Of a stretch of 64,000 nt of DNA, positions 17,099 to 26,690 are shown one piece after another; position 1 is the stretch's first letter; each line of letters opens with the position of its first letter. The stretch covers positions 2,481-66,480 of IMG/VR virus record IMGVR_UViG_3300025000_000092; one strand, 5' to 3'. Below the pieces are notes generated by a model. The model worked only from the letters and a program-made list of their open reading frames with translations, did no database searches and was not told where the DNA came from. Made by a program: the position numbers and the translations under genes. Source of the DNA: a virus.

Positions 17099-18190
17099 CT
17101 ACGCCTCCACCGTCGGCTCGGCCTTCGGGTCGGTCCAGCAGACGCAGGCCTTCCCGGTCGGCTTCGTGTCCGCGGCACCGCCGCCGCACGTGCAGGTGCC
17201 GTTCTCGCCGTCGTCCGGGGTGAACGTGCCGCAGGTCGCGCAGGTCGCGTCCGAGGGGATGCCCTGGGGCTCGGCGGCGGCGACCTCCGGGGCGGCATCG
17301 GGCATCCGCAGCACGTAGAGGAGGTCGAAGCCGCGGAGGACCTTGACCACGCCGGCGCCTTCCCAGGTCCGCAGGTGCAGCTCCTGGTCGGCCTCGAACT
17401 CAGCCCGCGCCTTCGCCAGGTCCACCGTCGCCCCGCTGCGGTCGGTGGCGCTGATGGCGTTGGCCAGGGCGTTCACGGCCTTGCGGGTCCCGCGGCGGAT
17501 GGTCTTCTCTTTGGCGCCCTCGGGGGCCGCGCCGGGCCCGGTGGCCAGGGGGAGCTCGCCCTGCTGGGCGCCCGCGGGGCGGAGCAGGTACAGGGTCCCG
17601 CGAAGGCCGCCCATGTTGCCGGCGGCCAGGTACAGGTCCTCGTCCAGGATCTCGGCGTCCTCGATGGGGTCGCCGGTCAGCTCGCGGATCATCCCGCCGC
17701 CGCCCCGGCGCACCGCCATCTCGACCACGACCTTGCAGACCGGGCGGGCGTCGCCGCCGAGGCCCAGGACGTTGACGACGGTGACCTTGGCGTCGAGCGC
17801 CTTGTCGTGGATGTCCAGGAGCTGGTAGGTCGTCGGATCGAACTCGCCCGCGGGAAGGCCGTCGGGTCCCACGGCGACGCCGTTCTCGGCGAACCGCAGG
17901 ACGTCGATCTTCCACGGCCCGGCCACCGGCTTTCCGGCGGGCTCGCCGTCGGCGAATGAGGCCAGGAAGCACCGGGGCCCCTGGCCCTGGAACTCCATGA
18001 CGTAGCGGTCAGACCCGGACCCGCGGATCTTGTAGCCGGCGCCGGTGAAGTCGCACTCCTCGAACAGGTACGTGGTGGGGGTGGCGCCCGTGATGATCTC
18101 GGCGATGCGCTCCGCGGCGCGCTCCATGTCGCCCTCGCGCAGCGTCACGCTGTGCCCCCCGGTCTCGATGGTCATGGTGTTCTCGCTCAT
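17099..18190 (-). CDS. hypothetical protein with C-terminal Cys cluster
   Basis: 363 aa, strong GC3 bias, GGAGG RBS. Confidence 0.8.
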   Translation of the reverse strand: MSENTMTIETGGHSVTLREGDMERAAERIAEIITGATPTTYLFEECDFTGAGYKIRGSGSDRYVMEFQGQGPRCFLASFADGEPAGKPVAGPWKIDVLRFAENGVAVGPDGLPAGEFDPTTYQLLDIHDKALDAKVTVVNVLGLGGDARPVCKVVVEMAVRRGGGGMIRELTGDPIEDAEILDEDLYLAAGNMGGLRGTLYLLRPAGAQQGELPLATGPGAAPEGAKEKTIRRGTRKAVNALANAISATDRSGATVDLAKARAEFEADQELHLRTWEGAGVVKVLRGFDLLYVLRMPDAAPEVAAAEPQGIPSDATCATCGTFTPDDGENGTCTCGGGAADTKPTGKACVCWTDPKAEPTVEA

Positions 18191-18194
18191 AGCC

Positions 18195-18866
18195 CTACAC
18201 CTCCAGGTCCGGGAGGATCCCGGCGTCCATCAGTTCGACCTCGGCCGTACGTGCCAGGGTCTTCGCGTCCTCGCCCTGGTACGTGTCCATGAGCTCCGCG
18301 GCCTGGGTCAGGATGACCAGCGGGGACAGCGCCATGGCGTCCGAAAGGCGGGTGAGCCCCTCGCCCGGGGCGGCGTCGTACGCGCCCATGTGGAAGCGGA
18401 TCGCCATGGCCTCGGCCGGGACCAGGTCGCCGAGGATGCGCATCGCCAGGAACAAGGACGTGTCGCCGTGCCCCAGGACCAAGTCCTTCGCGGGGGCGTA
18501 TTCGAAGCCGGGGACAGGATCCCAGATGACCTTCCCGTTGTAGTCGGTGGCGTACCGTTGACCGTCCTGGGTCTTCCGCTTCTCCGACTTCACGGTCTGC
18601 TGGTACCGCCCGACCTTGCAGAGGTCGTGGCACAGCGCGATGCGCGCCAGCGGCGCCGCGTCGGCGGCCTGGAACCCGCAGAACGACAGCCGCCGGAGGT
18701 AAAGGAACACCCCCAGGCAGTGGTCGGCGAGCCCGCCCGCGTAGCAGCGGTGGAACCGGGTGCTGGCCGGGTCCTGGCAGAACGAAGTCCCCGCTAGGTG
18801 CGCGGCCAGGTCCCCCAACGGGTCGGCCACGTGGGCCAGCCGATGAATGATCTCGCGACTCGTCAT
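18195..18866 (-). CDS. HD-domain phosphohydrolase
   Basis: PASTRFH...GGLADH, LCHDLCKV, LGHG, AIRFHMG. Confidence 0.88.
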   Translation of the reverse strand: MTSREIIHRLAHVADPLGDLAAHLAGTSFCQDPASTRFHRCYAGGLADHCLGVFLYLRRLSFCGFQAADAAPLARIALCHDLCKVGRYQQTVKSEKRKTQDGQRYATDYNGKVIWDPVPGFEYAPAKDLVLGHGDTSLFLAMRILGDLVPAEAMAIRFHMGAYDAAPGEGLTRLSDAMALSPLVILTQAAELMDTYQGEDAKTLARTAEVELMDAGILPDLEV

Positions 18867-20344
18867 GCTGTCCTCCCGAGCGGCAGCTCGCTGGCCCCGC
18901 CCTTCCTCTCGAACGTCCGGTACACCCGGTCCCGCTCCGCGCCGTGGTAGCGGAGGAGCGGCACCCCGTCGTCCCTGAAATCCACCATCCGGCCGCGTAC
19001 CTTGCCCTTGGAGGGGCGAAGCACGCGGCCGAGGACTTGGGTCGTCTCGGTCTTGTTTCCGCCGGCCACCGTCCAGAAGACGGTGTCGATCGTCGGCAGG
19101 TCGAATCCCTCGCCGACGAGGCTGGGAGTGGACACCAAAACCGGGAGGGTCCCGGCCTTCAGCGCCCCGAGGATCTCCACCCGCTTCCGCTGCGGGATGT
19201 CGCCGGTCAGGAATTCAGCCCGCAGCCCCCGGCCGCTCAGCGCCGCAGCCAGCGCCTTGGCGTGGCCGACGCGCTTGGACAGGACCAGGGACAGCCCGCT
19301 GTGCATGTCCAGGATCGTGTCGACGAGGAACTGGTTGCGCTCCGGGTCCTCGACGAGCATCCCGATCAGCTTCGTGTGGTCGACGGAATCCCGGACCTGC
19401 TGGCCCGCCTGCTTCAGGAGGTGGGCCTGGTAGGGAGACTTCTTCTGCATCGGAATCGCCCGGGGCGTCCAGCCGGTCTGCACGCGCACGATTTCGGCGG
19501 GGACGATGGAGCCGAGGTCGATCATCACGTCGGCGTTGATGCTGTGAACGATCGGGCCGATCACGTCAAAGAGCATCTGCTCCATGCCGTCGGCGCGCGT
19601 CGGGGTAGCCGTGAGGCCCACCCGGTACCGGGCCGGGAAGCTGCCGAGCATGGACCGGAACGAATCGGCGGGGCAGTGGTGCGCCTCGTCCAGGATCACC
19701 AGGCCGAAACGCCTCGTCAGGTCGCGGAGCGCTAGAGCACTCATGGCCGAGAGGGACTGGACCATCGCGATCGTCACGTCCTTGACGACGCACACCCCGT
19801 TCCCAATGACTCCCGGAGAGATCCCCAACATCGCCCGCATGCTCGCCGCGGTCTGATCGACGAGAACCTGGCGATGCACCAGGAACAGAGCGGGGGTGTT
19901 CATCGCCGCGATGATCCCGAGACCGATGACCGTCTTCCCAGACCCGGTCGGCGCCTGGATGACCCCCTGCTCCTCGTCTTCGATGGTCGAGACGGCGGCG
20001 CGCTGGTAGGGGCGGAGCTTGAACGTCGGGGCCAGCGTCACGGTCATCGGCGGGCAGATCCGGGCGTCCCGCAGCTGGGGCCGAAGGCGGTCTTCAACCT
20101 CCGCCAGCAGCCCGCGGGGGAGGGTCAACGCCTCGTTGCCGAGGCCGTCGTCGGCGAGGCGCCAGAGCCGGAGCTTTTCCGGAATGCCCTCGGGATTTGC
20201 TCTGCTGGGCTGTGTCGGCCTACCCGACCGCCGGGCCTCGGCGTACTCCGGATTCGCGTACGTACACCGGTTCTGCCAGGCGCGGACCTGGTCCGGGGAC
20301 GCCCCGATAACCAGCAGATCGGTGCCCACGTAGACGGTTGCCAT
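18863..20344 (-). CDS. SF2 DEAD/DEAH-box helicase
   Basis: LRPYQ, APTGSGKT, DEAHH, LTATP, EGFDLP, QVLGRVLR. Confidence 0.93.
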   Translation of the reverse strand: MATVYVGTDLLVIGASPDQVRAWQNRCTYANPEYAEARRSGRPTQPSRANPEGIPEKLRLWRLADDGLGNEALTLPRGLLAEVEDRLRPQLRDARICPPMTVTLAPTFKLRPYQRAAVSTIEDEEQGVIQAPTGSGKTVIGLGIIAAMNTPALFLVHRQVLVDQTAASMRAMLGISPGVIGNGVCVVKDVTIAMVQSLSAMSALALRDLTRRFGLVILDEAHHCPADSFRSMLGSFPARYRVGLTATPTRADGMEQMLFDVIGPIVHSINADVMIDLGSIVPAEIVRVQTGWTPRAIPMQKKSPYQAHLLKQAGQQVRDSVDHTKLIGMLVEDPERNQFLVDTILDMHSGLSLVLSKRVGHAKALAAALSGRGLRAEFLTGDIPQRKRVEILGALKAGTLPVLVSTPSLVGEGFDLPTIDTVFWTVAGGNKTETTQVLGRVLRPSKGKVRGRMVDFRDDGVPLLRYHGAERDRVYRTFERKGGASELPLGRTA

Positions 20345-21108
20345 CACGCCCTCGCCTTCGCGGCCTGGGTCTCGCGCTCGGCCTTCAGCTTCCGCTTCTG
20401 GTACCCGCTCAGGGGCTTCTTCTTCGTGGGGACCGGGCAGCCGTCCGGACGCGTGGTGAACGCCGACTCCGCGCAGTTCAGCCCCTTGGCGTCGCAGTCC
20501 TTGCACGCATGCTTCGCCTTCGCGGCCTTCCGCTTCGCCAGCAGTTCCTTCGCCAGTTCCTCGCCGCGTCGGCCGACCGCCTCGGGGTCATAGCCGGCGG
20601 CCCGCAGCTCGGCGCGGACCTGCTCGATGGGGGTGTCGGGGTTCAGCGGACCGCCCGGGCAGGTGTCGCAGTGGTCGGCGGCGCAGTCGGCGCAGGACGT
20701 GGGCGCAGGCGGGCATGCGGCCCCGGCCTCGCGGGTGCCTTCGATGCAGGTCGGGGAGTCGTCGCAGGTCCCGCAGTCGGCCTGGTCCTGGGTCTCGCCC
20801 GGAAGCCCGACGGGAGGCTCGCGGCCCAACTCCGGGCTGCGGTCGTCCCGGGGGAGCGAAGCCGGCAGGTACACCGACGACAGCATCACGCCATCAACGG
20901 TCTTCTCCGCTCGGATGCGCGGCGGGTTCCGCAGGTCCGCGGGCGTCAGGTGGACGGTCCCGCCGACCCGGTCCACGACGGCCCGCAGCAGCAGGTCCGC
21001 CATCTCCAGATAGGCGATTCGCTTCCGCATGCCCTGGATCTCTTCGATCTGCGGCAGCTTCTCCCGGGCGATCTTCTGTGCGCGCTTCCGATTCACCGTG
21101 TCCTCCAT
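20344..21108 (-). CDS. hypothetical protein with several Cys clusters
   Basis: 254-aa ORF; TGATG coupling to the helicase. Confidence 0.7.
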   Translation of the reverse strand: MEDTVNRKRAQKIAREKLPQIEEIQGMRKRIAYLEMADLLLRAVVDRVGGTVHLTPADLRNPPRIRAEKTVDGVMLSSVYLPASLPRDDRSPELGREPPVGLPGETQDQADCGTCDDSPTCIEGTREAGAACPPAPTSCADCAADHCDTCPGGPLNPDTPIEQVRAELRAAGYDPEAVGRRGEELAKELLAKRKAAKAKHACKDCDAKGLNCAESAFTTRPDGCPVPTKKKPLSGYQKRKLKAERETQAAKARA

Positions 21109-21299
21109 CGCCCTCGCGGGGCGTTCATCTCACTGGCCCAGGCGACGGCAGCCACGCCGCCCGGGTGTCACAACTCCGCCGGCGACTGCGGGAGCCGTGG
21201 CTGCCACCCCCACGCGCACCGATCGGGCTGCGTGCCGGGCGAGGGTTTCGGCCGCACCGGGTGTGGAGCCCGGGCGGCAGGAAGGCAGCGATTCATCGG

Positions 21300-24188
21300 C
21301 TACTCCACCCACCGGGCCACGGACCCGTCCGCGCCCTTGCTGACCACCAACCGGCGCGCCAGCGAGTCCGCCATCTCCGGGACGTGGCTGATCACCAGGC
21401 AGAGCCCGACCATCTCGGCCATGACCGACAGCGTGCTGGTGAATGCGGCGATCCCGGGAGCGTCCAGCGAGCCGAACCCCTCGTCGACCACCAGGGTCTC
21501 CAGCGCGACCCCGGCCCGGGCGGACAGGACCGCGGCCAGGGCGAAGCGCAGTGCGAGGTCCACCCGGAAGCGCTCGCCCCCGGACAGGGTTTCGTACGGC
21601 CGTTCGCCGACTGCGTCCCGGACCACGAGGTCCAGGGTCTCCGCCAGCCGGTCCTTCTCGCTCTTCAGCACCCGCTGCGTCCGGATGCTGATGGACAGCC
21701 CCGTCTGCGACACCCGCGCCAGGAGGCGGTTGGCCTGGTCCTCGATGTCGGGAACCACGGTCTCGACGACGAGCTGGGGGATGTCCGCGTACGCCTGGGC
21801 GAGCGTCACGTAGTCGGCGGCCCGGGCGCGGATGGTGGCGATCTCCGCGTCCAGCGCGGCCAGGTCGGCCGCGGCCTTCTCGGCCTCGGCGACGAGCCGT
21901 CCGGCGTCGCGGGCCTGGGCCTCGGCCTGGGCGACCGCCCGCACCGCGGCGTCCTTCGACGCCCGGGCGGCGGCGGGCTCGGCCTCTGCGGCGGTCGCCT
22001 CCTGGGCGAGATCCCGGTCGAACCGGCACGCGGCGGCCATGCCGTCCCGCTCGGCGGTGATCCGGGCGACCTCGGCGGCGAGCGTCAGGACGTCCTTCTC
22101 GGCGACGCCGACGGTGGCCCGGGCCGCGTTCATCTTCTGGACCGTCGCCTCGGCCGCGGCGCGCTTCGCCTCGAGGCGCTGGACCTCCGCCCTGGCGCTC
22201 GCCTGGCGACCCTTCGCTGCGCTGTACTGGTCGGCGAGGGACTGGCGGGCCTGGGCGGCCCGGGCGGACTCGGCCCGGGCGGCGTCCACGGCGGCCTGAA
22301 GCGGGGCGAGGATGGCGGCGTCGGCCGACGGGGGCGTGGCGCCCAGGAATGCGACCCCGCGCTTCGTCGCGTCGACATCCTGCCGCGCGATCAGGAGGCC
22401 GTCCTGGGCGGCCTTCACCCGGGACTGCAACGGATCAAGGACCTCGGCGGGAAGCGGCGGGACCTGCAGGCCGAGGGCGTCCAGGGCGGCCTCGGCCCGA
22501 GCCTTTGCCTCGCCGGCGGTGTCCACCGCGTCCTTCGCAGACTGGATGGTGGACTGCAGGGAGTGCAGGACATCCGCAGCAGGAGGGGGCGCGGCGTTGC
22601 CCAAGGCCGCGCGGTCCCGAGCCGCCTCGGAGTGGGCGGTGTGCGCCGCGTCGCTCGCGGTCCCGAGGTTCTGCAGCGAGTCCCGGCGGGCGATGGCGTT
22701 TGCCAGGAACTGGCAGCCTGTGAACTCCGGCCGGCCCCCGCAGGGAACCCCATCCAGCAGTCCGGCGTCCCGGCGGGCGTCCGCGAGTGCCTGGGCAGCG
22801 AGGTTCTTCGCGGCCTCGGCGCGGACCATGGCGCCGTCCGCCTGGACCACCGCGTTGCGCCAGCGGTCCGCGGCGTCTCGTGTCGCCCGATCGATCGCGT
22901 CGGTGGCCTCGCGGACCTTCGCTTGGGCGTCCGCGAGCTGGCGCTCCGCGACACGGACGGCGTCCACGGCCTCGCCACGGCGCGTCTGCCACGCGGTACG
23001 GTGCTGCGCCTCGGCGTCAGCGACCGCGCGGCCGGTGTCCAGCGTGGACTGGCGGGCCAGCGTCTCGGCGGTCTCCGCCTCGTGGACCTTCCGGGTCGCG
23101 GCTGCGACCTGGTCCCGCCACAGGTCCGCGGCCCGGGCGTTGGCGTCCCGGACGGCCTGCTCGGCGTCTCGCACCCGCCCGTTCGCGGCCTCGAGGGCGT
23201 CCCGGGCGGCCTCGCCCCGAGCCTGGACGCTCTCCATATCGGTGGTCGCGGTCCGCTCGACGCCCCGGGACTGCGTCAGGAGGCCGTCGTCCCAGTTCGT
23301 CCAGGACCCGTCGGCCATCTCCAGCGCCTCGACCAGGTCCCGGGCGTCCGTCAGCTCGCGGTCCCGGGCGGCCCGGCGCCCCTCGGCGGCCCGGACCTCG
23401 TCGGCCTTCGCGGCGTACCGGGACCGGGCGTCCCGGATCGTGGTGTGGACGGCGGCCAACTCGGCGAGCCGGTCGGTCGCGGCCTTCACGGCCTGCTCCG
23501 CCTGGGACTCGGCGGCCCGGGCGGCACCGCATTCCTCCGTCGCCGCGTCCCGGGCCGTCCGCCGATCCGCCAGCGTACCCACGAGGTCGACCAGGGGGGC
23601 GCCCGCCGCCGCCTTCGCCTCGGCCTTCGCGGTCTCCTTCCTGGACAACTCCAGTGCCGCGGTGCGCAGGCCGGCGAACCGGTCCAGGCGGAGCAGCCGG
23701 GACAGGACCTGCCGGCGCTCCCCGGGGGTGGCGCGGGCGAACTGGTCGGCCTGGCCCTGGCGGGACAGCCACGTGGCGCAGGCGAGGTCGAAGGGGCCCA
23801 CGAGCGCCTCGATGCGCGCCTCGGTGTCCCGGATGTTGGCGCCGTCGAGTGCCCGCCAGCCCGACGGCTGCAAGACGTCCTCGGTCTCGAAGTCCAGGGT
23901 GGAGGACCCGCGGCCGTTCAGCTTCCGCGTCCGGGCGAACCGGTAGGCCTGCCCGTTGATGCGGGCCACGACCTCGCCGGAGCAGTCGGACTGGCCGAGG
24001 CGGACCACGTCGTCCGTGCCGGCCCGGGTCTGCCCCCAGATCACCCAGGACACGAGGTCCAGCAGGGTGGACTTCCCGGCCCCGTTCTGGCCGGTGATGA
24101 TCGCGCTCAGGATGCCCCAGAAGTCGAGGTCCAAGGCGCCGTAGCTCATGAAGTTGCGCGCCTTCGCGCTCTGCAGCAGCATCGTCAC
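21300..24188 (-). CDS. sbcC: SbcC/Rad50-like SMC ATPase
   Basis: Walker A GQNGAGKS, long coiled coil, LSGGE signature, VVDEGFGSLD, VISH. Confidence 0.93.
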   Translation of the reverse strand: MTMLLQSAKARNFMSYGALDLDFWGILSAIITGQNGAGKSTLLDLVSWVIWGQTRAGTDDVVRLGQSDCSGEVVARINGQAYRFARTRKLNGRGSSTLDFETEDVLQPSGWRALDGANIRDTEARIEALVGPFDLACATWLSRQGQADQFARATPGERRQVLSRLLRLDRFAGLRTAALELSRKETAKAEAKAAAGAPLVDLVGTLADRRTARDAATEECGAARAAESQAEQAVKAATDRLAELAAVHTTIRDARSRYAAKADEVRAAEGRRAARDRELTDARDLVEALEMADGSWTNWDDGLLTQSRGVERTATTDMESVQARGEAARDALEAANGRVRDAEQAVRDANARAADLWRDQVAAATRKVHEAETAETLARQSTLDTGRAVADAEAQHRTAWQTRRGEAVDAVRVAERQLADAQAKVREATDAIDRATRDAADRWRNAVVQADGAMVRAEAAKNLAAQALADARRDAGLLDGVPCGGRPEFTGCQFLANAIARRDSLQNLGTASDAAHTAHSEAARDRAALGNAAPPPAADVLHSLQSTIQSAKDAVDTAGEAKARAEAALDALGLQVPPLPAEVLDPLQSRVKAAQDGLLIARQDVDATKRGVAFLGATPPSADAAILAPLQAAVDAARAESARAAQARQSLADQYSAAKGRQASARAEVQRLEAKRAAAEATVQKMNAARATVGVAEKDVLTLAAEVARITAERDGMAAACRFDRDLAQEATAAEAEPAAARASKDAAVRAVAQAEAQARDAGRLVAEAEKAAADLAALDAEIATIRARAADYVTLAQAYADIPQLVVETVVPDIEDQANRLLARVSQTGLSISIRTQRVLKSEKDRLAETLDLVVRDAVGERPYETLSGGERFRVDLALRFALAAVLSARAGVALETLVVDEGFGSLDAPGIAAFTSTLSVMAEMVGLCLVISHVPEMADSLARRLVVSKGADGSVARWVE

Positions 24189-25324
24189 ACCCCCTGCTGC
24201 ACGTGGCTGTGCAGCTCCACCAGCCGACCGTGATCTCCCTCGGGGACCTGGCGCGACGCGAGCGCCCGGCGGACCAGTTCGGCGTCGTCCAGCCCGGTCT
24301 GCCCCATCTCGCGGTCGCGGACCCGGTCCTCGCAGAGCAGCCGGAGCTCGTCCTGGACGAACGCGCCGCCGGCGCGCGAAGTGGCGAGGTCGCGACGGGT
24401 GGCCGCCAGCATGTCGTGGGACATCTCGCCCCGGATGCGGTGCACGCCCCCGGGCGTCAGGTGGTCCAGGTCGGGCTCGGTCATGGAGATCGCCGCCCCC
24501 AGGTCGATGGTCTTCCACGTGCGGCCCGGGGCCTGGACGGGCGACCGGAGGAACTCGCCGTCGCCGATGGTCCACAGCAGCCCGCCCTTGTGCTCGCCCT
24601 CTTCCCCGAAGTCCTGGACGGTCGGGGAGCCGGAGTACCCGCACTGCCGGATGATCTGCTGCTGGTGGATGTGCCCGAGCAGGACCGCCGGGAACACGTC
24701 CAGCGCGTCCCGGCTGATCTCGATGTCGCCCTCGAGGGTCCGGGGCTGGGCCCCGACCGTCGCTCCGCCGATGGAGGCGTGCGCCAGCAGGACCTCGGCG
24801 CCGGAGGCCCGCAGGCCGAGGGCGATCGACGTGAGGGCCGACGACAGCAGCGCCGTCGCGTCGCCGACGGCATCGGCCGGCAGGCTCTCCCGCAGGGCGG
24901 CCCGGCGGGGGTACGGCAGGCAGCCGATCCGCAGGCCGGCGTAGTCGACGGTCCGGGGCTCCTCGACCAGGAGCACCCGGGGGTGCCAGCCCGCCGGCGT
25001 GCAGGCCGTGGCCTCGGAGGTGCTCCGGGGCTCGTCGTGGTTCCCGGGAATCACCAGGACGTTCGGGATCCCGGCCGCGCCGCAGATCCACTCCAGCAGG
25101 GAGGTCCCGACGCGTAATTCCGTCGGCGTCGGCCGCGGGCGGTCGAACAGGTCGCCGGCGATGACCACGCCGTCCAGCGGAAGAGCCGCCCGGACGACGG
25201 CATGGACGGCCTGGACAGTGTCCAGGAGCGCCAGGTTCATGCCGGAGGGGTCCAGGACGACGGCCCCCGCGATCGTCGCGGTCTCGCTCAGGTGCAGATC
25301 GCCGAGGTGGAGGATGCGCTTCAT
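24185..25324 (-). CDS. sbcD: SbcD/Mre11-like metallophosphoesterase nuclease
   Basis: GDLH, AGDLFD, PGNHD, LAH, LGHIH, GYSGSP. Confidence 0.93.
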   Translation of the reverse strand: MKRILHLGDLHLSETATIAGAVVLDPSGMNLALLDTVQAVHAVVRAALPLDGVVIAGDLFDRPRPTPTELRVGTSLLEWICGAAGIPNVLVIPGNHDEPRSTSEATACTPAGWHPRVLLVEEPRTVDYAGLRIGCLPYPRRAALRESLPADAVGDATALLSSALTSIALGLRASGAEVLLAHASIGGATVGAQPRTLEGDIEISRDALDVFPAVLLGHIHQQQIIRQCGYSGSPTVQDFGEEGEHKGGLLWTIGDGEFLRSPVQAPGRTWKTIDLGAAISMTEPDLDHLTPGGVHRIRGEMSHDMLAATRRDLATSRAGGAFVQDELRLLCEDRVRDREMGQTGLDDAELVRRALASRQVPEGDHGRLVELHSHVQQGV

Positions 25325-25326
25325 GG

Positions 25327-26688
25327 CTACTTCACCTCCTTCAGCGGGGCCTTGATCAGGGAGTCAAACCAGGCAGCCCGCATCGCGGGGGAGACCTCGG
25401 ACGCCTTCTTGCTCGGCGCCTTCGTCAGGACGCGGGTCCGCAGCATCTCCTCGAGGACGGCGACCTGGTCGGTCTCCCCGAGCGCGGCGAACGCATCGGC
25501 GGTCTCCGGGATCTTGACGGCGGCCGGGGCGGCCACGGGCTCGTCCTCGGGCAGCGTGCCGGCGACCTCGGGCTGGGAGACCGGATGGACGGACTCCTCG
25601 GCGGCCGCCCACTGCTCGGGCGTCCAGGTGTCCGACGAGGCGCCGGGCGTCGCGCCCATCCGCACGGCGGCGTCGCGGGCGCGGGCCTCGGCGTCGGCCT
25701 TGGCGATCCCGGCCTTGGTGGCATCGCCGTAGATCGTCCGCCAGTGCGCCGCCTTCTCGGCCTTGGCCTTCTTCGCGCCGTCGTCCGCCGGCGGGGGATC
25801 CTTCGGCTTCTCGGTGGTGGGGCCGGCGGGCTCGTCGTCGTCCTGGTCCACGAAGGTCTCGGCGACCGGCGCGGCCAGTTGGGCCATTGGAGCGGGGGCG
25901 AAAAGCGCCTCCCGGCGCGGGGCTCCGAACGCGAGTCGCTGGGCACCGAACACCGCATCGGCGAAAGCTGTGCGGCCCTCCGGGAACGACAGCATCACGG
26001 TCATCGCGGCGCCCTTGTCGAGGATCATCCGGGGCACCAGCAGGTGAGCCGCGAAGTCCATCTCGAACCACTTCCGCCGGAGCTTCCCGTAGTGCGCCTT
26101 GACGGCGGCCCGCTGGGCGCCCGTGATGGCCCGCTGGGCGCTCGACTCGCGGAGGATGAGCCGGTACCGATCGAGTTCGGCGTCGCTCTTGCCGCCCTTC
26201 GCCCGCTCGGCCTCGACCTTCGTCTCGATGTCCAGCACGTACACGCCGGTCTTGAGCTGCGGCTGGCCGGCCAGATCGATACGCAGGGAGCCCACCTTCG
26301 CGACCACCCGGTCCGGGAAGCGCGAGGCGGCCATGTCGATGCCGGAGGCCTCGTCCGGGAAGCTGATGCCGCCGGCCCCGGCCACCGCCAGGTACACCTG
26401 GGCGCCGAGCCCGAGCTGGTTCCCGGGGAGGGGGAAGACCTGCCCGGCGTCCTTGTGGGTGTTCACCTTGACGGCACCCAGGACGATCTTGTGCATGGGC
26501 GGGATCTCCTGGATGACCTGGTCGTCCAGCATGATCCCGCGCGGCATCCCGGTCTGGGGCTCGCACTCCTCCCAGTACGCCAGGATCGTCGTGTACTCCT
26601 TGATCGTCCGAGATTCGTTCGTCGGCGCGGGCCGCCTCATGAACTCGTTGAAGGCATCCCAGTTGATCTCCGGCTGATTCGCGTTCAT
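25327..26688 (-). CDS. hypothetical protein, possibly a recombination/annealing protein
   Basis: 453 aa, strong GC3; position next to sbcCD; Ala/Pro/acidic tail. Confidence 0.65.
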   Translation of the reverse strand: MNANQPEINWDAFNEFMRRPAPTNESRTIKEYTTILAYWEECEPQTGMPRGIMLDDQVIQEIPPMHKIVLGAVKVNTHKDAGQVFPLPGNQLGLGAQVYLAVAGAGGISFPDEASGIDMAASRFPDRVVAKVGSLRIDLAGQPQLKTGVYVLDIETKVEAERAKGGKSDAELDRYRLILRESSAQRAITGAQRAAVKAHYGKLRRKWFEMDFAAHLLVPRMILDKGAAMTVMLSFPEGRTAFADAVFGAQRLAFGAPRREALFAPAPMAQLAAPVAETFVDQDDDEPAGPTTEKPKDPPPADDGAKKAKAEKAAHWRTIYGDATKAGIAKADAEARARDAAVRMGATPGASSDTWTPEQWAAAEESVHPVSQPEVAGTLPEDEPVAAPAAVKIPETADAFAALGETDQVAVLEEMLRTRVLTKAPSKKASEVSPAMRAAWFDSLIKAPLKEVK

Positions 26689-26690
26689 GG

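Noticed and set aside
21240-21300. Hammerhead ribozyme (CCGATGA...CGAAA on minus strand)
   Set aside because: Core is CCGATGA rather than CTGATGA, and stems I/III could not be built
20715-24233. 1172-aa plus-strand ORF and similar long antisense ORFs (e.g. 31930..34674, 49003..51921, 61004..63625)
   Set aside because: Shadows of GC3-biased genes on the other strand; Arg/Gly/Pro-rich with no motifs
24189-25091. N-terminal extension of the 1263-aa SbcC ORF
   Set aside because: Overlaps sbcD in another frame and is low-complexity; the real start is ~24188/24182, just before the Walker A region
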